Positions 27,597 through 37,922 of a DNA stretch of 64,000 nt are shown here, piece by piece (the stretch's first letter is position 1; the number at the start of each line of letters is the position of its first letter). The DNA is taken from assembly GCA_030390025.1 (NCBI GenBank), contig CM059438.1, positions 53,880,001 through 53,944,000 on the forward strand. Direction: 5' to 3'. Both the position numbers and the translations under genes were made by a program. The notes under the pieces are model-generated. The model was given only the letters and a program-made list of their open reading frames with translations. It was not told the origin of the DNA and made no database searches. The DNA comes from Squalus acanthias (taxonomy: Eukaryota).

Positions 27597-27659
27597 TTCT
27601 CCCCCCCCAAAAGATTAGGAGGCCGGGATGAAGTTCGAGTCACAGGAAGCTGTATTGTG

Positions 27660-30600
27660 TTACCACATTCTCCCTCCATTTCGTAGCCGCTGGACGAGGG
27701 AGAGCCGCACCCGTTTGGGTTCTCGTAGCGGTAGAGGGCCCCTAGCCCGTTTACCCGCCGCGGGCCGTGGACCAGAGTCCGAGTGATCCAGCCCGCTCTG
27801 TGAGGGGTCAGGACGATCCTGACTGTGTACTGGTGCCCGAACGGGTGTCGGGCAGGGCTGTGGCAGATCCGTTTCCGAGCGTATGGTACGGGGTGGATCG
27901 TGGCTGCGCGTGCGAGCCCCGACGGGCTCATAGTCAGTCTGCCCCAGGTCGGCACGCTGGAGTGAGGTACCAGCCGGCGTCAGATCCAGATCATGATGAG
28001 AGGCACCTGGCGAGCCCAGAGATGTGCCTGGTACAATATCATCCCCTGGTGTCCCTCTATGTTTCGGCGGGCAGGGAGCCAGATCCCGCAATGACACGGT
28101 AGATTCCCGGCCGTCAGGATACCGAATATAGGCGTAGGTAGGGTTGACGTCAGTGAGCTCAACCTCATCTACCAGGGGGTCATTCTTAGACGCCCGAACA
28201 TATCTTCGGAGTAGCACTGGTCCCGGTGCAGTCAGCCACGACGGGAGAGATATCCCATAGGATGAGCGACGCTGAAATCGGAAGAACCGTTCATGAGGCG
28301 TCGTATTTGTGGCGGTCAAAAGGAGGGACCGTGTGGAGTGTAATGCGTCTGGAAGTACTGCTTCCCATTGCTGGTTGGGTAGGCCCCGAGATCTCAAAGC
28401 CAGACGTACCGCATTCCAGATGATAGCGTTAAAACGCTCGACTTGCCCATTCCCGACCGGATGATAAGGCGTCGTTCTGCTGGCAGCAATACCCCGTTCC
28501 GAGAGATAGGCCTTGAGTTCTCCTGACATAAAAGAAGGGCCCCGATCCGAATGAACATAGGATGCCATGCCACAGAAAGCAAATACCTGCTCAAGGCAGC
28601 TGATAACCGTGGTCGTCAGCATATTGGGGCAGGGAAAGGCAAACGGAAAACGGGAATACTCATCGACCATGGTCAATAGATAAGTGTTGCGAGTTGAAGA
28701 GGGCAACGGCCCCTTAAAATCGATGCTAAGCCGTTGCATTGGCTGGGTCGCATGTATGAGTATACCACCCGAGGGGCGGAAAAACTGAGGTTTCAATTCC
28801 GCACAGACTCTGCAGTCCGAGCACATCTTCTTTACATCCCCGGTAGAGAATGGGAGATTTCGGGACCGCACGAAGTGTAGCATGCGAGTAACGCCCGGAT
28901 GACACAACCCATCATGGATGTCTACGAGCGTAGAGGGTGCCATGGCGGAGCAGAATGCTCGTGTGAGGGTATCCGGAGCCACATTCTCCTTGCCAGGTCG
29001 ATAGTGGATGGTGTAACCAAAAGAGGCCAATTCCAGCCGCCAAAGCTGGATTTTATTATTTTTAATTTTGGTCCGTTTTCGATTATCGAGCATGAAGGCG
29101 ACCGATCGCTGGTCCGTGATTAAGGTAAAGTGCTGGCGAGCTAGGAGATGAGTCCACTTCCGTACTGCCTCTATGATGGCTGTAGCTTCTTTCTCGACTG
29201 GAGGATAATGTAGCTCAGCCCCTTGAAAAGTCCTGGACAAAAATGCCACCGGACGACCTTCCTGATTCAGAGTGGCCGAGATCGCCACCTCCGAGGCATC
29301 ACACTCAACAACAAAAGGAAGACTCTCATCGATGGAGTGAAGAGCCGCTTTCTCCAACTGTTTTTTCAGGAGATTAAAGGCTGCAACAGCCGCTGTGTCT
29401 AGTGGGAATGTGCTGGCCTTCAGTAGAGGTTGGATTCGGTCCGAGAAGTTAGGAATCCATTTAGCATAGTATGCAAACAGGCCGAGGGCCCGGCGCAAGG
29501 AGGCCGGATTCTTAGGTGGCGGGAGTTCTTGGAGTGGGCGAAGCCTTTCAGGGTCAGGTTTAATGATGCCATTGCCCACACAATAGCCAAGGATGTTGAT
29601 GGTTGGTTGTGACTCAATGGATTTAGCCGCATTTAATGTTAAATTACGGTGCTGGAGTGCATCCCAAAATCGTTGGAGATTGGCGTCATGTTCCCGCTGA
29701 TTGCGACCTGCGACAGTAATATTGTCCAGATAAGGAAACGTATCCTTTAAGTCTTCCTGTTTGACCAGGTCATCCATTGCTCGCTGGAAGACAGCCACTC
29801 CATTAGTGACCCCAAAGGGGAGGCGACGAAATTGATACAGCCGTCCATTGGCTTCAAAGGCCGTATACTGCTTGTCTGAGACCTTCAAGGGTACCTGATG
29901 ATAGGCACTTTTCAGATCATATGTTGAGAATACCGTGTACTCAGCCAGTTTATTAACCATATCATCGATGCGCGGCAATGGGTATGCGTCCAAGTCCGTA
30001 TATTGATTGATGGTCTGTGAATAGTCAATGCACAGCCGTTTCTTGTGAGGTTGTAGAGGGTTCTTAACAATAACGACCTGGGCGCGCCATGGCGACGAAC
30101 AAGGCTCGATGATATCCTCTGCTAAAAGCCGAGAAATCTCAGCCGCAATAAAAGACTGGTCTTCCTGACTGAAACGTCGTGACTTTGTTATAATCGGTTT
30201 GCATCGAGGAGGGATACTGGTAAACAGTGAGGGTTCATCCAGTGAAGCTGCTGACAATGCACAGAACGGTAATCGAGGTCGTATATTAGAAATAGTGAGT
30301 TCAGGTTTGGATCCGCCGAACTCAATGGTGAGCTTCTTATGCTGCTTTTGAAAATCTAGCCCTAAGATAAGATCACTACATAAGTCCTTGAGCACCGAAA
30401 GCCGGGTGGAGGGATACCTGTGACCATTAAGTGTTATTTCAACCATACAAAAGCCAGAAATTCTGGTATTAAGTGATGACTGAGCCATCGCAATTGCCTG
30501 GTCTGATGGGAAAACATGTAGCTTTAACTCTGCAACAATCTGTTCCCTAATGAAACTATCAGTGCTACCTGAGTCAATTAAGGCATCTAAAGTATGTCCA

Positions 30601-31610
30601 TTAATTGATGCTTTTGTAGCTGCATGGAATAGGTTCTGAGGACAAGCAGCTGTAATTGGTGTCGTTGCACAAAGAGTGGCTGAAACTCTAGGTGTGTTTC
30701 TTCGAGAGAAAACCCGAGAGGAAGCACGATAGATTTTAGCCGGAACATCTTGATAGGCCCTTACCGGGGCAGTTCGGTAGGACTTAGCTTGATAAGCCCT
30801 CGTAGAGGCTCTTGATAGGCAAACCTTTGCAAAATGACCCTTTTTGTTGCAATGACTGCAAAACGCATTGCGAGCAGGGCAGAATTTCCGAGGGTGAAAC
30901 TCATCACCACAAAAGAAGCATTTCTTAGATTGCCAAGAGGCTGCCACAGTGGGGTCATCATCCTCTTCATCAGTGAAGTCATCAGATTGATCGTCAGGGA
31001 TAAAGTCCTCCCTAATAGAGTTCACCTGTGGCCTCTTAAATTGCCTGACTGTAGTTAAGGCAGCAGACCGAGGTCTGGACACTGTATAAAGGTCTGCATT
31101 TCTTTTTGCCAGATCTAGAGAGCAAGCCATGTCATAAGCTCTCTGAAGCTCAAGTGTCTTACTTTCCAGTAGACGCTGGCGTATAAATGGGGAGGCAAGC
31201 CCGCAGATGAAAGCATCACGGATCATTTCTTCACAGTACAGCTCAGCTGAGGCCGCCTGAAAGTTACAGTCCATACTAAGTCTGCGAAGCTCTTGGAGGA
31301 ATTTATCAATGGATTCCTCCGGCCCTTGTTGGGCTGTAGCAAGTAGATGTCTGGCATAGACCTCATTCGGTGTCTTAGTATATAGTCTTTTAAGCGTCCG
31401 AATTGCCTCCTCGTAACTGCCCCATTCCTCGACATACTGAAATACATTCGGGGTGACACAGTTGATGAGTATCCGCAATTTTGAGTCATCATCAGCCTTG
31501 CAATATTCGAGAAAATTGTCAAACGTGCGATACCAGTGTTTCCACACCTTACCGGCTGCTGGGGTGTTTGGGTCCAAGTCAAGACGCGATGGTTTAAGGA
31601 TGTTTTCCAT
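27660..31610 (-). CDS. gag-pol: Single-frame Gag-Pol polyprotein, 1316 aa (two CCHC knuckles, protease, RT, RNase H, integrase)
   Basis: CFFCGDEFH...CSHCNKKGHFAKVC; LIDSGS; LPFG...YLDN; ECDAS; HPG...CRVC; IDFKGP, SDRG, GQVER. Confidence 0.95.
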   Translation of the reverse strand: MENILKPSRLDLDPNTPAAGKVWKHWYRTFDNFLEYCKADDDSKLRILINCVTPNVFQYVEEWGSYEEAIRTLKRLYTKTPNEVYARHLLATAQQGPEESIDKFLQELRRLSMDCNFQAASAELYCEEMIRDAFICGLASPFIRQRLLESKTLELQRAYDMACSLDLAKRNADLYTVSRPRSAALTTVRQFKRPQVNSIREDFIPDDQSDDFTDEEDDDPTVAASWQSKKCFFCGDEFHPRKFCPARNAFCSHCNKKGHFAKVCLSRASTRAYQAKSYRTAPVRAYQDVPAKIYRASSRVFSRRNTPRVSATLCATTPITAACPQNLFHAATKASINGHTLDALIDSGSTDSFIREQIVAELKLHVFPSDQAIAMAQSSLNTRISGFCMVEITLNGHRYPSTRLSVLKDLCSDLILGLDFQKQHKKLTIEFGGSKPELTISNIRPRLPFCALSAASLDEPSLFTSIPPRCKPIITKSRRFSQEDQSFIAAEISRLLAEDIIEPCSSPWRAQVVIVKNPLQPHKKRLCIDYSQTINQYTDLDAYPLPRIDDMVNKLAEYTVFSTYDLKSAYHQVPLKVSDKQYTAFEANGRLYQFRRLPFGVTNGVAVFQRAMDDLVKQEDLKDTFPYLDNITVAGRNQREHDANLQRFWDALQHRNLTLNAAKSIESQPTINILGYCVGNGIIKPDPERLRPLQELPPPKNPASLRRALGLFAYYAKWIPNFSDRIQPLLKASTFPLDTAAVAAFNLLKKQLEKAALHSIDESLPFVVECDASEVAISATLNQEGRPVAFLSRTFQGAELHYPPVEKEATAIIEAVRKWTHLLARQHFTLITDQRSVAFMLDNRKRTKIKNNKIQLWRLELASFGYTIHYRPGKENVAPDTLTRAFCSAMAPSTLVDIHDGLCHPGVTRMLHFVRSRNLPFSTGDVKKMCSDCRVCAELKPQFFRPSGGILIHATQPMQRLSIDFKGPLPSSTRNTYLLTMVDEYSRFPFAFPCPNMLTTTVISCLEQVFAFCGMASYVHSDRGPSFMSGELKAYLSERGIAASRTTPYHPVGNGQVERFNAIIWNAVRLALRSRGLPNQQWEAVLPDALHSTRSLLLTATNTTPHERFFRFQRRSSYGISLPSWLTAPGPVLLRRYVRASKNDPLVDEVELTDVNPTYAYIRYPDGRESTVSLRDLAPCPPKHRGTPGDDIVPGTSLGSPGASHHDLDLTPAGTSLQRADLGQTDYEPVGARTRSHDPPRTIRSETDLPQPCPTPVRAPVHSQDRPDPSQSGLDHSDSGPRPAAGKRARGPLPLREPKRVRLSLVQRLRNGGRMW

Positions 31611-31688
31611 GATGGGTGATTCCCTGGATCCTTAGTTCCGAGTTCGTCCAAAAAGTTTGAGTGCGAAGTTTTTCAAAGTTGATTAAAT

Positions 31689-31882
31689 TGTCGTAAGAAT
31701 GAGCCTTACGCGTGGTGAACTTAAAGTAAGCTTTAATCAACTAAAAAGGTGCTACATACAAAAGAGGTCTTACTCTATGCCTCTCCAGGATCCAACTGCT
31801 CAGCCCAGTATTTATCCTGGACTAATCACAGGAAGTGATGTAATAAAGTTCAAGTCACAGGAAGCTGTATTGTGTTACCACA
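31689..31882 (-). repeat. 5' LTR of the Mag-like Gypsy
   Basis: Direct repeat of 27403-27596. Confidence 0.96.
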
Positions 31883-32066
31883 GATAGTGAGAGCTGCAAA
31901 AAGGAAATACAAAAAGAAACTTGCGAGGGATATCAAGATTAACACAAAAAGGTTTTACAATTATATTAGATAAAAAAGGTAGTCGAGGGTAATGTGGGCC
32001 CTTTAAAAACAAATGTGGGTAATATTGCAAATGAAAATAAGGAAATTGCAGACTTGTTGAATAATT

Positions 32067-32633
32067 ACGTGGAAGATCCCATGCGCTGTTTTGGAGAAGA
32101 GCAGGGGAGTTCTCCTGGTGTCCTGGTCAATGTTTGTCCCTCAGCCAGCATTGCTGGGGCAGATTGTCTGCTCATTGTCGCGTTGCTGTTTGTGGGACCT
32201 TGCTGTGTGAAAATTGGCTGCCACATTTCCTACATTACAACAGTGACTAGGATATAGGATAAGGGGTCGGCCTTTTAAGAAAGAGATGAGGAGGAATTTC
32301 TTCACTCAGATGGTTGTGAATCTCTGAAACTCTCTGCCCCAAAGGGCTGTGGATGCGCAGTCGTTGAGTATATCCCAGGCTGAGATCGATAGATTTTTGG
32401 ACTCTTGGGGAATCAAGGGATATGGGGATCGAGCGGGAAAGTGTAGTTGAGGTCGAAGATCAGCCCTGATCTTATTGAATGGCGGAGCAGGCTCGAAGGG
32501 CCATATGGTTTACTCCTGCTCCTAATTCTTGTGATCGTATGACTGCACTTCAAAAGTACTTCATTGGCCCTGGGGCGCTTTGGGACGTCCTAAGGTCGAT
32601 AAAGACACTATATAAATGCAAGTTCTTCTTCTT
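32067..32633 (+). mobile_element. Deu-domain SINE (SacSINE1-like) split by a CR1 3' tail (32249-32539, TGACT duplicated)
   Basis: GATCCCATG...GAAGAGCAGGGGAGTTCTCC..GTGTCCTGG core and L2-type tail GCGCTTTGGGACGTCC...TATATAAATGCAAG; family name from memory. Confidence 0.75.
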
Positions 32634-32881
32634 TAAGGCAATTGAAATCTATATTCCAGTCAGGTTGGAGTAACATGTTATAAATGTATGATTCGCAGAT
32701 ACACTTACATAATAATTTACCTATTCAGTGAAGTACGCCTTGTTTGCTCATGGTTTCTCCAGACTTAAGTACTGTCTACAAGACGATAAAGAAATCTCAG
32801 ATTTTGTAGTATCCTTGTCTGCTTTGTAGTACAAACACATTTGCAATTCTGATATCCACTTGACATTTAAATGGAGCTAAT

Positions 32882-33625
32882 GGGCCGAAAATTGATCCCG
32901 GGACGCGAGAGTACGCACTGCGTACTCTCGCGTATTCCCACTCCAATTGCCGGTTTTCTGCATGCCCTGCGCATGCGCTGAAAACCGGCAATTGCTCTTC
33001 CGAAAAGGGGGCGGGGCCGGAGTGCATCGCGTGCGCGCTACAGGCTGCGCGCACGCTGTGCACTTCATGCTTTGGACGCGCAGGTAAGTACTGAAGATTT
33101 TGGAAATGTAAAAAGGAGGAGTAAGACCCGCTTTTAAGAAGGTAAGTAGTGAATTAAGTATTTTTTTGAATTTTTTTTTACAGGTATATCTTTTTTATAG
33201 ACTTTAAAGACAGGTAAGTTTATTTTTATAACTTTTTAAAAGATTTTAAATTTTTTCAAAAATTTAATTTTTTATTTAAAATGGTTAATTTAATTAACTA
33301 CACTTATTTTATTAATGTGATGGGTTTTTTTTTAAATTTAATTGAGGTTTAGCTGTTATTTTGGGGGGGTGTAAGATTCATAAGTCTCTCAGCCATGCTG
33401 TGAGACTTATGAATGGAAGATGGTGTGCTGCCATTGGCTCTAACTGAGTCACGTGATCCCACAGCTCGCACGAATTAACTACGCCGCTGGGATACGCAAG
33501 CCCAGCACAGCTGATGTCTGGAACATCAATTTCGTGCGAGCTGGATCAGAAAAAGCATAAGCGAGGTGAGACATCGCGGGGAAGGCTTACCCCCGCGGGA
33601 ACAGAGCGAGATCAATTTCTGGGCC
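32882..33625. mobile_element. Non-autonomous Harbinger (MITE), 744 bp
   Basis: Imperfect TIRs GGGCCGAAAATTGATC/GATCAATTTCTGGGCC; 3-bp TSD AAT; second copy at 55677-56417. Confidence 0.88.
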
Positions 33626-33835
33626 AATATCTTTGCTGTAAATCAAATTATTGAGCAATATGGTCCTTTTGATGTCAAGATGATGCATGGTTGGGTCTTT
33701 GCAATAGAAAGAGAGATTTTGCAAACAGCTACATTAAGAGAAATACTACATCAAACTGATAAGAAAGACACAGCACAGCTCCAACCAGTCTGTGTGTATA
33801 ATGACATCCACACCTAACCCATGTACCATTTAAAA

Positions 33836-34310
33836 AAAATACAAAAGCAAAATACTGCAGAGGCTGGAAATCTGAAATAAAAGCAGAAAATGCTGGAACT
33901 AGTGCCATTATCAAACAATGGCAATCAGTGGTCACAGAGGGGAGGTCGGAATTTAGCACTTATCAGGAATCACAGCAGCAACACTGGCCCATAGCACTGA
34001 CCACAAAGGGGAATAAAAGCAGAAAATGCTGGAAATACTCAGCAGGTCAGGCAGCATCTGTGGAGAGAGAGAAACAGAGTTGACGTTTCAGGTCAATGAC
34101 CCTTTGTCAGAACTGGAAAAAGTTAGAGATGTAACAGATTTTAAGCAAGTACAGAGGCAGGGAAAGGGGGACAGGGAAAGAACAAAAAGGGAGAGAGAGG
34201 TCTGTGATAATGCAGAGCGTAGGAGTAATTAAGTGACAAACAGGATGATGATGCAAAGCAAAAGGAGGTGGAAAAAAAGATGGGTCCAGAGGAGGTGTAA
34301 ATAGTTAAAG
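33836..34310 (-). mobile_element. Penelope terminal-repeat fragment with a mutated hammerhead (34078-34114) and a captured insert of about 110 bp
   Basis: Matches 36105-36415. Confidence 0.8.
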
Positions 34311-35499
34311 AATGTCCAAGAGAAAATCGGAGCGGTGATTATCTACTATTTCCACTAATTAGTTACTGTTTTTATGCAGTTTTTGCTGTTGTTTTCATTT
34401 GGTGGGTTGTACAGTATCAGTTTGCAGTTGCAGTAAGGTGTTCGGACATAGGTGTGAGCCTATCATTCCCATACGGCGAGTGACAGCTTGGCTCAGCTGG
34501 TAGCACTCTCACTTCTATATCAGAACATCATGCGTCCTGCTTCTAACAAATTATTTGGCAGATCTGAGGAAAATTGATCGCTCCCCAATCTCCCGATCTC
34601 CCCGAACCCCCCCATCGACTGCTCCAAGCTCATGACGGGGAGAATGCCATCCATATATTACAACAAGATGCAAATCAGTAAAATACGTTCTCAGATGTAT
34701 TTCCTATGATTTGCGTCCTTTGAATGCCGAACGCAAGGGTCACCTCTTAGGCCCAGAGTTCTCCTGACAGCGGTAGGGGCTCAGAAATTATTTTTGTAAC
34801 AAGATATAAGCGAGCGTTCACACTGTAGTCTCGCACAGGCCAAAGAGGACAACCCAGAATTGTTTAACGACCCGGGGCAGGCCTACAAAATGCTAACGAC
34901 CTCAAGGTCAGGAGGTCAGCCAGGGTCAGGGATGCATCTTTCTGGCAGGCTGAAGACCCACCCACCTAGGGATGGACCACAGGTAAAGAAAGATCCCAGC
35001 CATTGTGTCACTAAGTATTTGTCTTCACACAGTGTTTGTAGTTGTGTAGTGCATGTGTAAATTTGATCAAGTTTTGGATTAAATCAGAGTGCATTGTCTG
35101 AACTTTGAAGGGTTTCAAAGAGCCAGCACAGGCAGAATGGGCCCATTGGCCTCCTTCTGTGCTGTATCATTCTATGATTCTATTCCTGCAGTGTCATTAT
35201 ACACTGGTAACTATCTCTGTATTGTTGGACTATAACCTGGTGTTGTGCGACTTCTCATTTTTGTCCACCCCAGTCCAACGCCGGCATCTCCACATCATGA
35301 TCTGTATTGTTAAGCAGAGCTTGAAGGCAGCACTGCCTGTCTCCAGCCTGACTGCCACTGACTGGATTAATTACACATTCCAGGCAGAATGCTGGGTGAC
35401 TGGTGTCCGATTACACCTCCCACTTTCCCCACATTCTCTGCATTTATCGTCCACATATGCATCCTTAAATGTAAGGTGATTCTACAGAAAGCCTCGTCC

Positions 35500-36010
35500 A
35501 ATGGGAGCGCAAAACGCAAATTAGACATTAAAAACATCAATCTGCACAGTACATGATGCATTATTTGCCAGATCCAAAAACATCTTAACTTTTCCCCTGA
35601 AACCTGGCAGCAGATTGAGAGGGTTGTGCACTCTTTCACATCCCGAGGTTCCCCAAAGTTCAGTAAATTCTTGATGGCAGGCATGTGACTGTCCAGGCCC
35701 TCTACACTAAATCTCATGCCCCTCGTAAACCGCAAGGGATTCCACTCAATTGATGCCCAGGTGGTCAGTGAACAGCAACATAGAATCATCCAGGTCAATG
35801 CACACTCCAGCCCATAGTCATAATGCCTTGATCTTAAGATATCCTTATGTACCTGAGCTATTTGAAGGAGAAAGCAGACAGTCAGGATGGCTTCTAGGTG
35901 ACCAAGATTTCCCTCTTCAGCCCTGGCTCATGACAGCCACAAGCATCAGTGAAGTGAAGACACAGTAAGGCCCATGCGGCCACCAGTGCCATTATCAAAC
36001 AAACGATAAG
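35500..36010 (+). pseudogene. Decayed Harbinger (HARBI1-type) transposase fragment
   Basis: VNRKGFHSIDAQVV, GWLLGDQDFPLQPWLMT, AHAATSAIIKQTI, with stops and frameshifts. Confidence 0.8.
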
Positions 36011-36104
36011 CAATCAGTGGTCACAGAGGGGAGATCGGAATTTAGCACTTATCAGGAATCACAGCAGCAACACTGGCCCATGGCTCTGACCACCAGTCAC
36101 AATG

Positions 36105-37207
36105 GGGAATAAAAACATAAAATGCTGGAAATACTCAGCAGGCCAGGCAGCATCTGTGGAGAGAGAAACAGAGTTAACGTTTCAGGTCGATGACCTTTCG
36201 TCAGAACTGGAAAAAGTTAGAGATGTAACAGATTTTAAGCAAGTGCAGGGGCAGGGAAAGGGGGGTGTGGGGAGAAGAAGAAAGAACAAAAGTGAAGGTC
36301 TTTGATAGGGTGGAGGACAGGTTAAAATGACAAAAGGGATGATGGTGCAAGGCAAAAGGGGGCGGTAATGGGACAAGTAAGAAACAAAAGATGGGTCTAG
36401 AGGAGCTGAAAATTACAAAAGCAGAATCATTAGCACCAACTGCTGTCCGAAAAAATGGGAGCAGTGGTTAGGATCCAAAATTGTTGAACTCAATGTTGAG
36501 TCCGGAAGGGTGTAAAGTGCCTAATCGAAAGATGAGGTGCTGTTCCTTGAGCTTCCATTGAGCTTCGTTGGAACAGTGTAAGAGGCCGAGGACAGAGAGA
36601 TCAGTGTGGGAGTGGAGCGGAGAATTAAAGTGACAGACAACCAGAAGCTCGGGGTCACCCTTACAGACTGAATGGCGGTGTTCAGCAAAGCGGTCACCCA
36701 ATCTGCGTTTGGTCTCCCCAATGTAGAGGAGACCGCATCGTGAACAGCGAATACAGTATACTAAATTGTGAGAAGTACAAGTAAATCGCTGTTTCACCTG
36801 GAAGGAGTGATTGGGGCCCTGGACAGTGGGAAGGGAGGAGGTTAAAGGGCAGGTGTTGCATCTCCTGCACTTGCACGGGAAGGTGCCGTAGGATGGGGAT
36901 GGGGTGTTGGGGCGATTGAAGAGTGGACTAGGGTGTCGCGGAGAGAATAGTCCCATCGGAATGCTGAGAGGGGAGGGGAAGATGTGTTTGGTGGTGGGAT
37001 CACGATGGAGGTGGCGGAAATGGCGGAGGATGATCTGTTGCATGTGGAGGCTGGTGGGGTGGAAGGTGACGACAAGGGAAACCCTATCGTGGTTCTGGGA
37101 GGGAGGGGAAGGGGTAACAGCAGAAGTACAGGAAATGGGATGGACATGGTCGAGTGCCCTGCCAACCACAGTGGCTGGGAATCCTCGGTTGAGGAAAAAG
37201 GAAGACA
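36105..37207 (-). mobile_element. Penelope-like element 3' part (GIY-YIG ORF 36468-37169 plus terminal repeat)
   Basis: CKCRRCNTC...[30 protein letters not shown]...GLNIEF. Confidence 0.92.
36172..36208 (-). ncRNA. Minimal type I hammerhead ribozyme motif, core intact
   Basis: Minus strand AGTT-CTGACGA-A-AGGTC(ATC)GACCT-GAAAC-GTT-AACT. Confidence 0.78.
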
Positions 37208-37922
37208 GAAAGCGGGGCAGTGGGACTAACTGGATTGCTCTTCGAAAGAGCCGGCACAGACTCAGTGGGCTGAATGGCCTCCTTCTGTGCTGTACTATTC
37301 TATGATTCTACGATTACTTTGTGTCAGTCTTCACAATAGAGGAAGAGGATAATGTACCTGACATTCCATGGAAACGAATAATGAATCAAGGACTGGAACT
37401 CACTAAAGTAAACAAGAAACAGTATTAGAAAAAATAATGACACTAAAGACTGACAAATCCCCAGAACCTCATAGTTTCCACCCCAGGGTTTTAAAGGAAG
37501 TAGGTGAGGAAATTGCAGGTGCTTTAGCCATAATCAGGAATTGTCCCTTTAGATTGGAAAATTGCAATGTAACTGCATTAATTAAGAAAGGTGAGGGAGA
37601 GTAAACAGGAAATTATGCACCTGTAGTCTAATATCTGTTGTGGGGAAGTTATTGGAATCTATAAGGACAGAGTGACTGAGCACTTAGAAAAACTTGAGCT
37701 GATCAGAGAGAGCCAACGTGGATTTGTAACGTGTAGGTCATGTCTAAAGAATCTAATTACATTTTCTGAGGAAGTAACTCGAGTGGTGGACAGGGGAATG
37801 TCTATGGATGGAGTTTACATGGACTTCCAGAAGGCATTCGATAAGGTTCCACATCAGAGATTGTTAGCTAAAATCAAAGCTCATGGAATTCAAGAAAAAT
37901 GATTGGTCTGGTTAGGAGTTTG
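37208..37922 (+). mobile_element. Old CR1 fragments (3' tail plus RT)
   Basis: YMDFQKAFDKVPH; TTCTATGA tail. Confidence 0.8.

Larger units (their letters stand above)
27403..31882 (-). mobile_element. Complete Ty3/Gypsy LTR retrotransposon (Mag-like)
   Basis: 194-bp TG...CA LTRs at 27403-27596 and 31689-31882, identical by eye; 5-bp TSD GATAG; polypurine tract GGGGGGGGAGAA next to the 3' LTR. Confidence 0.97.
26656..32066 (+). mobile_element. Old CR1 ORF2 remnant (26656-27402 and 31888-32066) hosting the Gypsy provirus
   Basis: DFNFHIDW, EPTRGQAILD, SDHN; sequence resumes after the TSD. Confidence 0.8.

Noticed and set aside
32721..32775. Possible 55-nt minus-strand exon (acceptor TTTCTTTATCGTCTTGTAG, donor GTAAAT)
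   Set aside because: Stops in all three frames and no recognisable product; could only be non-coding or terminal and needs RNA data
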